Shown one piece after another: positions 1-12,760 of a DNA stretch of 64,000 bases. The notes beneath the pieces were generated by a model. The model saw only the letters and a list, made by a program, of their open reading frames with translations, had not been told where the DNA came from and ran no database searches. The position numbers and the translations under genes were made by a program. The number at the start of each line of letters is the position of its first letter. Position 1 is the stretch's first letter. The stretch is from Octopus vulgaris (lineage: Eukaryota), in the NCBI GenBank assembly GCA_951406725.2, contig OX597822.1:80910001-80974000 (forward strand), written 5' to 3'.

Positions 1-170
1 GTTTGACAACTGATGTTGGTGTATTTACATCTACGTAACTTAACGGGTCGGCAAAGAAAACCGATAGAATAAGTACTAGGCTCACAAAGAATAAGTCTTA
101 GGGTCGATTTGTACGACTAAAGGTGCTCCAGCATGGCCGCAGTCAAATGACTGAAACCAATAAAAAAGAA
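1..170 (+). mobile_element. 3' half of tRNA-derived SINE family A (CORE-like SINE)
   Basis: Matches the 3' part of the full copy at 52188-52608 (gacaaccgatgctggtg...gctccagcatggccgcagtcaaatgactgaaac). Confidence 0.85.
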
Positions 171-193
171 TGCGTATGTACACACATGCATAA

Positions 194-262
<69 letters not shown>

Positions 263-360
263 TGCATGCATGTATGTATGTATGTATGTATGTATACCAT
301 CCTTTGAGGCTTCTGCCACTCTCATACACAAATACACACACACACACACACAGACTAAGA

Positions 361-522
361 GGCACAGGCGTGGGTGTGGTAAGAACTTCTCTTCCCAACC
401 ACATAGTTCCGGATTCAGTCCCACTGCGTGACAACTTGTGCAGGTTTTGTACTATACCCTCGGGCTGACTAAAGCCTTGTGAGTGGATTCGATAAGCAAA
501 AACTGAAAGAAGCCCGTCATGT

Positions 523-615
<93 letters not shown>

Positions 616-820
616 CGTGTGTTTGTCTCTATGTTTGTCTCCCATCACCACTTAACCACCGGTATTGGGTGTTTAATTCACGTAACTTAACAGTTCGGCC
701 AGAGACACCATAGAATAAATAAAGAAGAAAAGTCTTGGGGTGGATTTGTTCGGCTAAAATCTCTCAAGACGGTGCCCCAACATGGCCGCTGCCTAGTGAC
801 TGAAATCAAAAGATAAAAGA
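361..820 (+). mobile_element. SINE family A, full length, internal (GT)n
   Basis: tRNA-like head ggcacaggcgtgggtgtggtaag...ggattcagtccc, CORE-like segment, internal microsatellite, tail ggtgccccaacatggccgc...gactgaaa. Confidence 0.85.
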
Positions 821-2149
821 TATATGCATAAATAGAGAATAGATGGGAATGTGAAAGAGGAAGAAACACTCCAAACTAAGTCGAGTATTGCTGTTTGATG
901 CAAGATTACAATAAGGAGAAAAAAAGAGCTACTCGACTTGCAAGGTATTTTAATTAATATTCTACTTCTGTGTTAAATATGGCGTTTTGAAAACGCACAG
1001 GATATTTATGCGTGCACAACTTCTGTCAATAACCAACGCGAAGAACTTGTCTTGCGCTATCTGCACACGTCAATAAGACATTCTAAAGAAACTTCCAAAC
1101 AGTGTCACAGAGTCGTTATTGTGGACGAGTGCACAAATATCTTGTTACGCTTCATATGGGAAAAACAGTGAACCGGAAACTGACCCGTACGAAATCTATA
1201 ACTAAGAAATTCTGTTGTTCACATAGGCATAAATTGAACTAATATACGCATATGTATATACATACATATATATGTGTGCATGGGTGTGTGTATATGCGTG
1301 CGCACGTCTGTGTATATATATATATACGCGAATATATGTAATACCATATATATGTATGAGTGTGTATATATATATACATATATATATGTGTGTCTGTGTG
1401 TGCGTGTAGATAGATAGTGAGTGAGAGAGATAGATTCTTATATATGTCGTCACCTACACACTCACACACACACAAGTCACATTTAAAGACTATTTCAGCG
1501 TATTTTATCAACCGGTTTCACGCAGGAGGTTTAGAGGAAAATGATAAAAAATACCTGTGTCATAAGAAAGACTGTTATGAAAGTTTATCTGCTTCTGGAT
1601 GTATAAAAGTGCCAAATCCGATTTGTGATTTTTCTGAAAAAAAAACCCCCACCAAAAACCTAACGATAAATCCCAGTTATTACCCTTACACAAAGGTTCA
1701 GTGTGTATTAACTGTTCAAAGGGTAACTACCTCCAGAGTCATATTCAAGCTTTGATGGGAACCGCACTGGCTCGATGTTCGTGCAGAGGATTGCAGGAAA
1801 AAGACGATGGGCCGAGTGTACAATCACAAAATTAAGTGTGCTCATCTAGGTGTATATGTATGCATGTATTTGCGCTTTAGTATACAGTAGATAAATGGGG
1901 CAAACCTTGTACTGAACAATCAGATTGGTGAGAAGTACTGATGGTGGAAGCCATAACATTTATTATAAAGATGCAGTCCACAAGTTTACAAACACGTATT
2001 TCCTTTCATACGCGCAGGATGAGAAAATCTCACTTTTACAGTGTAGGAATCTGTGATGGTGATATATGTGTGTGTAGGAGTGTGTTTGTGGTTGTATGTG
2101 TGTATGATTGTGTGTGTGTGTGTCTGTGTGTCTGTGTCTGTGTCTGTGT

Positions 2150-2191
<42 letters not shown>

Positions 2192-2319
2192 AATATAAAC
2201 ATACATATATGTGTGTTGTTATATTTCGGGATGGTCATTCTTTTGTTTTACACATATACATACACATACAGCAGATGTGATTGTACTATCGTCAGACCAG
2301 GAAAATAGAACATTTATGA

Positions 2320-2690
2320 TGAAGCGATGCGGAACGTACGGGTCGTGCACTCCGATCATAAATTCTCATTCGTACCTATTATCATAGGTGCATTCGGCTA
2401 TGTACCTCCAAATTTACACAAACTCCGAGGAATACCGGATTTTCGAAGAAAATGCCAAAGATACAAATGCAGATTCTCCAATTGTTTCAGAGTGAAAATA
2501 TATAACATATTAGAAGGATTCTTCATCTGAGATCCTTTACGTGAAAAGATGCACTCACGTGGGTTTATGCATCGACAGCAGCTCAACCAACACACCAACT
2601 CAACCACATATTTACAAACATTGGAAGCTCTCTTAAACAAAAATTACGAAAAACTCAAGAAAGAGCATTACAAATATAATGTATATTTTT
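2320..2690 (+). pseudogene. 3' fragment of R4/Dong-clade (RLE) non-LTR retrotransposon
   Basis: ORF 2327-2530 reads MRNVRVVHSDHKFSFVPIIIGAFGYVP, resembling the RLE C-terminal xIPIIIGALG motif. Confidence 0.6.
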
Positions 2691-3415
2691 GCACGTTATT
2701 CTAATCTAAACTTTTTTTCCTATAGATATGGAATTCGAAATCGCTGCAATTACCGACATGTAAATATAAGAACAACATAAACTTGATGAATCTGACAGCA
2801 ACAACAGCAACAAAATGATATCAGTTATAGCAATAATAAATAAGAACACGATAATGATGATTATAACAACAGAAATAACAACATCTATAGCAGCAGCGAC
2901 GGCAACAAAAATGGTGGAAATGAAAAATATAAGAAAATGGCGACATCTCAACGGTGGTTATATTTAGCTGCTGTTTGCTTTTTAGTCTTGCGAATAAACT
3001 GGAGAGAGTAGGCCAAGTGTATTATCCGTGGTACGGGAGGTGTTGGTAGTTGTGATGATGGTGGTGGTCGCCGTTGTAGAAGTGGTGGTGGTGGTGATAG
3101 TGGTGTTGGTAGTAGTGATGATGGTGGTAGTCACAGTTGTAGTGGCGGTGGTGGTGATGGTGGTGATGATACTGGCGATCACAATTGTAGTGGTGGTGGT
3201 GGTGGATGTGGTGATGATGTTGGTCGCCGTTGTAGTAGTGGTAGCAGTTGTTTAGGTTATCGTGGTGCTGCTGCTGTTGCTGATGCTAAAACTGGTGCTT
3301 TCTGACGGTGGTGGTGTGGGTGGAGATAATAACGAGACGGAGATGTGCGTTTGTATATGTACTTGTTTGCATTAATGATAAATGCTATGTTATTGGTAAT
3401 CGTGGTGGTGATGAC

Positions 3416-3468
<53 letters not shown>

Positions 3469-4223
3469 GGAGGAGGAGGAGGAGGAGGAGGAGGAGGAAG
3501 ATGGGGTGGGTTATGGTACAAGAGTGGAGTAAGGGCGATTGTTTTGTCGTTGTTGATAGTAAAGAAAGCAGTGAGGGCGCTCATTATATTTTGGAGCATC
3601 GCAATGTAGTGTTGTTGTTGTTGGTGGTGGTGGTGGTCCTCGTCGTCGTGGCGGTGGGATGTGTTATTGAAGAGGGGACACGGAGATTAAAAGCACTTAT
3701 CTATGATTGATTGCTTAAATTTTAACCATCAGGCTATGTTTCCAATTATATTGATTACTAGTAGCTCATAGTCATATTTAATAAAACGAATAACACATCT
3801 ACAAAATACATACACGCTTACACATATACATGAACACACACATACGCATACATATATCTATATATAGACATACATACCTATGTGTGTGCGTATGTACATG
3901 TATACATAGACGCACTTTGTTTATATGTGGGTATTTATTATACGCATGCTTAATAGGATTCCTGTTTACTTGAAATGCATCGGGACAAACAAATTAATGA
4001 TCATGTGTTTCTATGTATAGGCCTAATGATTAAATTCTTGGGCATATATGCATTATAGATGTGTATGTGTACAGACGTGTGTGTGTACGGACGTGTGTGT
4101 GTGTGTGTGTGTATGTGTGTGTGTGTGTGTGTGCAGACGTGTGTGTGTGCAGACGTGTGTGTGTGCAGACGTGTGTGTGTGCAGGCGTGTGTGTGTGTAC
4201 GTGTGAATATGTACATACAAACA

Positions 4224-4270
<47 letters not shown>

Positions 4271-4415
4271 AGTATATGTATGAATGTTTCTATCCTTCTC
4301 TGTATGAATATATTCGTACATACATAGATACAGACATACATACATACATGTTGCCATGTGTTGTATACATGCACACAAACACACAGATACACACAAACAC
4401 ATATATATGTATATG

Positions 4416-4487
<72 letters not shown>

Positions 4488-4490
4488 TGT

Positions 4491-4651
4491 AGGCGCAGGA
4501 GTGCTTGTGTGGTAAGTAGCTTATCAACCATATTGTTCCGGGTTCAATCCCACTGCGTGGAACCTTGGGCAAGTCTCTGCAACTATGGTCTCGGGCCAAC
4601 CAAAGATTTGTGAGTGGATTAGGTTAGACGGAAACTGAAAGAAGCTCGTCG

Positions 4652-4682
<31 letters not shown>

Positions 4683-4683
4683 C

Positions 4684-4714
<31 letters not shown>

Positions 4715-4925
4715 GTGTATGTGTGTGTGTGTGTGTGTGTTTATGTTTGTCTGCCTGTGCTTGTACCCCCACCATAGCTTGGCAACCGATGTTGTTATGT
4801 TTATGTCCCCATAATTTATTAGTTCGGCAAAAGCGACCGATTGGATAAGTCCTGGGGTCGATTTTTCCGACTGAAGGCGGTGCTCTAGCATGGCCGTGGT
4901 CAAATTACTGAAGCAAATAAAAGAA
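4491..4925 (+). mobile_element. SINE family A
   Basis: ggcgcaggagtgcttgtgtggtaagtagc...ggttcaatccc...ccttgggcaagt...ggcggtgctctagcatggcc. Confidence 0.88.
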
Positions 4926-4957
4926 AAATATACACACACACACACAGACACATATAA

Positions 4958-5000
<43 letters not shown>

Positions 5001-5022
5001 TATATATATACACACACACACG

Positions 5023-5124
<102 letters not shown>

Positions 5125-6099
5125 TATTAATAGCTACAGTTTTTTGACTTTCATGTTCGTAATTACAGCTTTTGCATGCGTCTGTGTGTGTGTATTTGAA
5201 TGTATATACATACAAAAATATATATATGTAAATATATGTGTGTCTCCTCTCTGTATATATATACACACACGCACGCACACATACTCGTGTAGCTATTATG
5301 TGTATGTGCGCGCACGCGTGACTATAAGTGCGCGTGTGTGTGTGTATGTGCGTTCGTTTATCTGTGTTATGTGTGTGTGTGTTTTAATTGCTGCAATTTT
5401 TCCTCTTTCATGTTCGTGATTACAACTTATTAGTATTTTATGGTTGTTTTGCTCTCCACTCTTTTCCTAATGCTATAGTTTAAATTACATTATTTATAAT
5501 TCTCTATTATCAACGTAGATGTATGTACCATACACATACGTACGCACATTTCCACATATGTAATTTAGAGAGTTGAATAGGACTTCAACTTTTGACTAAT
5601 ACCCACCACCCAGTGAAGAAATTTGCACTTTTGTATCTCCACAGGATAACAATGAGCCAGTGTCATCAAACGACGGAGCGTGCGTTTAGTTGATTTACGG
5701 GTTTGTAAGAAATTACAATGGAAAGAATTTCTATTCTATTTGTGCTAGAGAACATAATAAAATTGCTTAAAGTTCAAATTATTGATTAGGTATAAATTTC
5801 AACCGACGGATAGATATAAGTTGAGGTTAGATTAAGAATGAGAGAAAATGAAGAGTGAAACAGAGGCAGTATTCGGTCGAGGATGAAATAAGGATGCCTT
5901 GAAGTCATTCAGGTCGTTGCTTAAATTAACTGATAAACGCTGAACTGGAATTTATACTAATATATTTAAGTATTTCTTTACGAATTGAAAACTGCTCCAG
6001 TAATTTTTATATTTAGTCCTTAATTACCCACAGGGGGTTAAACATAGCGCGGGCTCAAACAGCTTGTAATTGTGTCTGTATTCGTAATTGTGTACCATG

Positions 6100-6390
6100 T
6101 TCTCCATTTTTTGTTTGTTTGTATTTTTTCTTTGTTGCCGTACACACTCGCTAGCTTTCTTACAAAGAGGTGTATTGCTCTTAGCTTAGACGTTTTTGGG
6201 GGCACCGAGATCGAACCATCTCAAGTGTAACTGCCCGAAATGGTCGTGAATTCTGGGACTTGACTGATGAAAGACAAGAATGAACCGTCTTTTTTTACCT
6301 GTACTAATTGCTGTTTCTCATGTCTGCTTTTATATCGTCTATCTGACCGAACGTTTTAATGCCCTCCAATGCGCTTTTGTTCCCTTTATA
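6100..6390 (+). mobile_element. Unclassified non-coding repeat ending in (TA)n; related to 23340-23590 (-)
   Basis: Shared order gtgtaactgcccgaaat...ctgggacttgactgatgaa...tatcgtctatctg...gcgcttttgttccc vs the reverse complement of 23340-23590. Confidence 0.5.
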
Positions 6391-6410
6391 TATATATGTG
6401 CGTGTGTGTA

Positions 6411-6464
<54 letters not shown>

Positions 6465-6487
6465 TGAAAAGGAACACACAAGTTAAT

Positions 6488-6795
6488 ATATATATGGAAA
6501 AAGTCAATGTAAAAAATGGCAAAATAATTTTATAAAAAACATTTCAGCACCGGTTTCAGTCATTGAAGGTTCGAGGTCGACAAGCGCAGACAAGGGAGAC
6601 AGAGACAGGTAGAAACAAGGGAAATGCCTCTTGTATTTGAATGCTATGCAAATATTCTTTTAAAAAGCTTTTCTTTTAATTTTTTCAAAATTTAATTGTT
6701 TTCCATACTTACAGTTGAAAAAGTCGCAGTGACTGAAACCCGTACTGAAATGTTTCTTATAAAATTATTTTGGCATTTTCTACCTTGACTTTTCC

Positions 6796-6800
<5 letters not shown>
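6488..6800. mobile_element. (TA)n-flanked element with ~75-bp imperfect inverted ends; PLE pseudo-LTR-like
   Basis: 6492-6562 (atggaaaaagtcaatg...ccggtttcagtca) is the imperfect reverse complement of 6730-6798; HHR in right arm. Confidence 0.7.
6712..6747 (+). ncRNA. Minimal type I hammerhead ribozyme, U3-A8 variant
   Basis: cag-TTGAAAA-agtc(gcagt)gact-GAAA-cccg-TA-ctg; the inverted partial copy has palindromic ccgg in stem III. Confidence 0.55.
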
Positions 6801-6851
<51 letters not shown>

Positions 6852-6959
6852 CTATTATACAGTCTGCTACTTTACACACTTAAGGAACGAAAACGTACAG
6901 AAATAATTTACTACTAAATTTATTCAGACATCATGGGATTAATACAAGATACTATTAGG

Positions 6960-7480
6960 AATTTTCACCTTTTCTTTTTTTGGCCTTTACTGGGGATCAA
7001 TGTCTTGTGTGGGGTGTCATTAAGGAATTTGATAGAACCATTTTTTAAAGGTAATGTTACTGGTCAGGCGTACTTACACATGCTACGCACGTCTATTTTA
7101 CCTTCCACACATGCAATTTAGATAAATGGTAAATGTTTCTTCCAACCAGACGGCGCACCGCCACACTACTACCGGGAAGGGACGAGCTTATCTGGTTGAC
7201 AATTTGAAAGAATACCGGAAAGGGCGAAAGAGTGCAAGCGAGTTCCTCGCACGCTCTCCCGATTTAATACCTGCAAAATTTCGCTTATTTAGCATCTCAA
7301 AGATGTCGTATAATGCAGAGAACCGACTCGGTTACAGGATTTTCAGGATCAAATTGAGTCGGCATTTGCAGCAACCCCACTGGACACTTTGACCAACGTT
7401 ATCCAAGCAGCATTTCGTTGTACAAACAAGCGTGTGGTTGTTATCAGCCAACATTTTGAGTACCTCTTGTAATTGTGTAT
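6960..7480 (+). pseudogene. Tc1/mariner-superfamily transposase C-terminal remnant
   Basis: Frames read NVLCGVS..IEPFFKGNVTGQAYLHML, FQPDGAPPH, ARSPDLIP, ending QHFEYLL*. Confidence 0.8.
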
Positions 7481-7894
7481 ATGTATCTATTGTACGTATG
7501 TATATTTAGGAAGGAATGAATATTAATGACTGTTTTATGCTTGGCATTGATGGTCGGTGAATTCCTGGATATGTCCCCTTCAATTGAGAATAATACTATG
7601 AACGTTTTGATGACTTTTTAATTACAATTCCTGCCACCATTAGGTCTATTGATTTCTAAGATTATTCGGTGTCACCATTAATCCATAAACAATTTAGATA
7701 AGCGAATTTAGATTGTATATTTATGTGACTTTTTGACTTTGTATTTGCATCTTTAAAGCCTTCTAATTATCCTAAATATTCAAATGTTCAAATTTAAAAG
7801 CATCACTGTTCCAGCTGAAGTTGTTTATGCCAAATCAATGTTTAAAATCTTACCTGCTTAAAATTTTACGTAATGATTGTGGATTGTATATTCC

Positions 7895-8328
7895 TTTCTA
7901 CTCTAAGCACAAATCCCGAAATTTGGGGGGAGTGGGGGAGTCAATTCGATCGACCCTCTACGCAACTTGTACTTAAGTTATCGACCCCGAAAGGATGAAA
8001 GGCAAAGTTGAGCTCGGCAATATTTGAACTCAGAACATAAAGACAGACGAAATACCGGTAAGTATTTCGCCCAGCGCGTTAACGTTTCTTATATATTTCT
8101 TTATTGCCCACAAGGGGCTAACATAGAGGGGACAAACAAGGTCAGACAAAGGGATTAAGTCGATTACATCGGCCCCAGTGCGTAACTGGTACTTCATTTA
8201 TCGACCCCAAAGGATGAAAGGCAAAGTCGACCTCGGCCGAATTTGAGCTCAGAACGTAACGGCAGACGAATTTCCGCTAAATAATCCCCCACCTCGCTCG
8301 CTAACGTTTCTGCTAACTCGCCACCTTC
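7895..8328 (-). mobile_element. SINE family B (Nin/Deu-domain-like), dimeric, with 10-bp TSD
   Basis: Reverse complement of aaggtggcgag...gcctttcatcctttggggtcgataaa; gtggattgta flanks both ends (7879, 8329). Confidence 0.85.
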
Positions 8329-8624
8329 GTGGATTGTAATCTGTTATGACTGCAATGAATAAAATTCTACAGAAACATCTACCGTATATTTTAAGCACTG
8401 CATATATTTACTTTTATATATACACACCACACTAACGTCCCAACCCTGAATCGCATGGCTATAAATTGGATTTCGTACTTACGGCATCCTACCAATACTG
8501 TATGTCTCGCTTTTATGTTGCTTATTTCACCGTGAGCTTTGTTATGGTACATAGCCAATTCCGGTGTGTTACGAGTTGATGTGCCTTGGTTCTTAGGAAT
8601 TCTCTTAACAAAATATCCTACATA

Positions 8625-9003
8625 TAGGAGGTTGTGTGGTAAGTAGCTTGTTTATTAACCACATGGTTGCGTGTTCAGTCCCACTGCGTGGCACCTTGGG
8701 CATGTTTCTTCTGCTATAGTCTCGGTCCCAATAAAGCCTTGTGAGTGTATTTGGTAGCCGGAAACTGAAAGAAGCACGTCGTATATATATATGTGTGTGT
8801 GTCTATGTTAGTCTCCCCAAAATTGCGTGACAACTGATGCTGGTGTGTTTACATCCCCGTAACTTTAGCGGTTCGGTAAAAGGGTTCGGGAGAAAAAGTA
8901 CTAGGCTTGCAAAGAATACGTCCTGGGATCGATTTGTTCGACTAAATGCGATGCTCCAGCATGGCTACAGTCAAATAACTGAAACAAGTAAAAGAATAAA
9001 AGT
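8625..9003 (+). mobile_element. SINE family A
   Basis: Head/CORE/tail match to family A consensus. Confidence 0.85.
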
Positions 9004-9484
9004 ATATTGGGAAGGGACCAGTGCGGCTTCGAAGCGAAGGTGTAAAAATATGTATCAAATTTATCGCACGACATTCTCTGTATATAAAGTTAGATTTTGT
9101 TCTAAAATAAGCTTCACAAAATGTCACTTAATAGCACCAACTCCGTTGCAATAGACCTTCATCAAGACTCGTAAATGGAAATTGCCTCACAAACAGCATT
9201 ATTTGTAGAGCGAACACAAGAATGCAATCCTTGTTTACATATATATGGCCCACTGCAAACACATAGCCACGCCTGCGACTATATATATATATATATGTAT
9301 GTATATATATATATGTGTGTGTGTGTATGTGTGTGTGTGTGTGTGTGTGTTATATCTTTATGTGTACATGTATCTAGGATCATATATGAATATATATATA
9401 TATATAATTATATATATATATGCATCTATATACATACATATGATATATATATATATATATATATATGAAAATATAAATATTTAC

Positions 9485-9520
<36 letters not shown>

Positions 9521-9549
9521 TATATATATGAAAATATAAATATTTATGT

Positions 9550-9613
<64 letters not shown>

Positions 9614-9795
9614 TATATATATACGCACACAAACATATATCTGTATACATATGCATTTACCTCTGCATGTATGTATGTATTTATGTCATTGTTCAGTTTT
9701 ATTTCAACATTTCTTGCCAATAGGAAACGATTTGATTTCCAACGTAGATTCAAGGCTCCTTCATTGGAATTTCAATATCAACAACAGGATAATTT

Positions 9796-9827
<32 letters not shown>

Positions 9828-10739
9828 TGTATGTATGTATGTATGTATGTATGTATGTATGTATACATTTATCTTTTATCGTGCCGTTTGCCAATGTTCT
9901 GTGCATAGATAAATATTTTCGGTATATTTAGAATAATTGATTCCAATTCCTATCAAAATATGCCCTTTCGAAAATATTGTTTTCATCGTTAAATTCCGAA
10001 GATAAACGCGCAGGAAGTAAATATTTGATGCTATTTTACTTTCTTGAATCGATTTCCATATATCTTTGTCTAAGTTTGTACCATCACCTGCGATCATGAA
10101 ACGAGAAATCCTTTTATAAAATCTGTGTTTAAGTGTGTGCGTGTGCGCGTGTTTGTACGTTTATTCACAAATATACATATGCATACACATATATATATAT
10201 ATCTGCATATTTATGTATGTATATGCGCGTGTGTGTGTACGTATACTAAAAACAAAGATTTATGTCCAAGGAAAATGTATGGCATATGTATATATTGATT
10301 TTAACTTAGAGATATTTCTCATATATAAATATGAGCAAGAAAGAGAAATAGAGATGGAGATAGAGAGAGAGTCAGTGTGTGTGTGTGTTATCTCTGTGTA
10401 TATTTAGTGCACTTGTACCGCCGGTGAAATCTCTCGCGTTACAAGTTTTGTCAGGCCACGATGTTTAAGGTGGTACTTTGGTATAGACGCCCTTCTCTGC
10501 ACTAACGACATCTGGGAGCGATACTTTAGAGTTGTCGGAAACTATTGTTCCTCTTAAGATAAAGCAGATGGATTTACAGATTTACAAGGATATTATTCCG
10601 CATTCACTGCACCACACTATATGAAATGAAAGTCATTCGTGTGTAAATTTCGCGTAAATGTGTGAGAGACAATATGGCAGAATATATGAAAGAAGAGCAG
10701 TAACTTGGAGGATATTAATTGTTATATAGCTTCCATTCT

Positions 10740-11258
10740 AAGGCGGCGATCTGGTAGAAACGTTAGCACGCAGAGCGAAATGCTTAGCAGTGTGTCGTCT
10801 GTCTTTACGTTCTGAGTTCAAATTCGGGATCGATAAATTAAGTATCAGCTGCAATATAAAGGTGGCGAGCTGGCAGAAACATTAACACGCCGAGCAAAAT
10901 GCTCGGCGGTCTTTTGTCTGCCGATACGTTCTGAGTTCAAATTCCGCCGAGGTCGACTTTGCCTTTCATCCTTTCGGGGTCGATTAAATAAATACCAATT
11001 ACGCACTGGGGTCGATATAGTCGACTTAATCCGTTTGTCTGTCCTTGTTTGTCCTCTCTGTGTTTAGCCCCTTTTGGGTAGTAAAGAAATAGGTATTTCG
11101 TCTGTCGTTACGTTCTGAGTTCAAATTCCACCGAGATCGACTTCGCCTTTCATCCTTCGGGAGTCGATAAATTAAGTACCAGTTGCGTACCGGGGTCAAC
11201 TAATTGACTGTCCCCCTCCCCCCAAATCTCGGGCCTTGTACCTAGAATAGAAAAGAAT
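10740..11258 (+). mobile_element. SINE family B with duplicated head and internal repeat, 14-bp TSD
   Basis: aaggcggcgatctggtagaaacgttagc...gcctttcatcctttcggggtcga...ggccttgtacctagaatagaaaagaat; atatagcttccatt on both sides. Confidence 0.88.
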
Positions 11259-12469
11259 ATATAGCTTCCATTGTTTGTGTCTGCAACCCACACAAGATAT
11301 ATATTCCAAATCTTATCACGTTGATAATGTATTTCTTCAACTTTAAGCCGAAGTGTCAGAAATAGGATTTAAATGAGGATTTAAGTTATATTGCCTCGGT
11401 GTAGTTGTGATTAGTGTTGCTGTTGTTGCTGTAGTTGGCGATGATTATCACGTTAGTGGTTGTGATGGCGCTGATGTTTGCAATGGTGATGGTACGGTTG
11501 GTTGTGGTTGACGTTTTAGCGTTCTTGAAATAAATTGTTCTTGTTGATAAATAATGGTAGACATTAACTTTCATCCTTTCGTGATCGTTAAAATAATACC
11601 AGTTCAGAACGTAACGGCAGACGAAATACGGCTACGAATTTCGCCCAGCGTGCTAACGATTCTGCCAGCTCGCCGCCTTATAATCAAGGAATATATCGAG
11701 AATGTAGATATCGCACTAAGACAGTGTGATTTGTAAGAGCTTTAACTGATGTTCGTAGTGCATAGAGCGACCATATAGAGGTTCTCTAGTTATGTTTTTC
11801 TGTAACAGACAGTGTTAACACTGGTGGTGGCCAACATTGAAAGGTAAACGGTTGCAATAGTAGCAGTAATAGTGATAGTGCTTTGGCACTGAGAATAGTC
11901 GAATGTACTTTTATTGTAATTGTTATTATTTTTTTGCGTTGTTTTTGAGGTTGGTGCTTCTGTTATTGTCTTTACAATTGTTGTGATGTTTGTTGTAACT
12001 GCTTTATTTGTTTTCGTTGTTTTATTTTCAATTTTAGCGGTCACAATGATAATGTGTTTGATGGTAATTATGGCGATGGAGATGCTCTCAATTGATGAGA
12101 ATCTTTCCATTGAAATAGCAAGAATCAATATTATAATTGAATAATATCCAAGTAGGTGACCAATTTAGAGAGCTTTGTATACAAGTCATTCACTCTTTAT
12201 CAGGAGGAAATTCATTTATCATTACAAGTCGATAATAGAATAGATACGTAATTACAATATTAACCTTTTGACAGATACAGTCCTGGTTCACTTCATGGAA
12301 TGAACCGAAATCCACAGACTGTATTCCTTTTGCTATTAATTCCAGAGAACTGTAGGCAGACAAGTCTATCACTGACCAAATGAACACTGATTTCCCAAAT
12401 GGCGGAGATGGGTATCAATGGTTCATTTTCTGCCAATGTCCTGGGCTTGTTTTTAATGGGATAATCCGT

Positions 12470-12760
12470 GAAGCCGTATGACTTAGTGTTTAGAGTAGTT
12501 GACTCACGATTGTAAGGTCATGAGTTTGATATTCTGCAGCGCGTTGCGTTCTTGAGCAAGTCACTCCAGTCATCTCATCCGGCAAAAATGAGTTGTAATT
12601 CAAATGGCCAGCCTTGTCACTTTCTCTGTCACGCGTTCAATATTCCCGAGAAAAACTTTAAAGGTACATGTGTCTGTGGAGTGCTCGACCACTTGCGCGT
12701 TAACTTTACGAGCAAATTGGATCTGCTGGAACCACCATGGTCGTAACTGACGGATTGCCC
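12470..12760 (+). mobile_element. tRNA-derived SINE family C
   Basis: A/B-box-like head then ttgagcaag...gtgtctgtggagtgctcgaccacttgc...gtcgtaactgacggattgcc; related copies at 19790, 46722, 57113. Confidence 0.75.

Noticed and set aside
1481-1530. Half-hammerhead GAAAccggTT on minus strand
   Set aside because: CUGANGA half is missing; cannot be supported as a ribozyme.
2982-3710. Poly-V/T/D/E/H ORFs
   Set aside because: Degenerate (GTG)/(GAT)/(GAG) trinucleotide tracts with no splice or homology support.
6255-6292. CTGATGA (and CTGAGGA at ~23472 minus) as hammerhead cores
   Set aside because: No convincing stem II/GAAA/stem I pairing.
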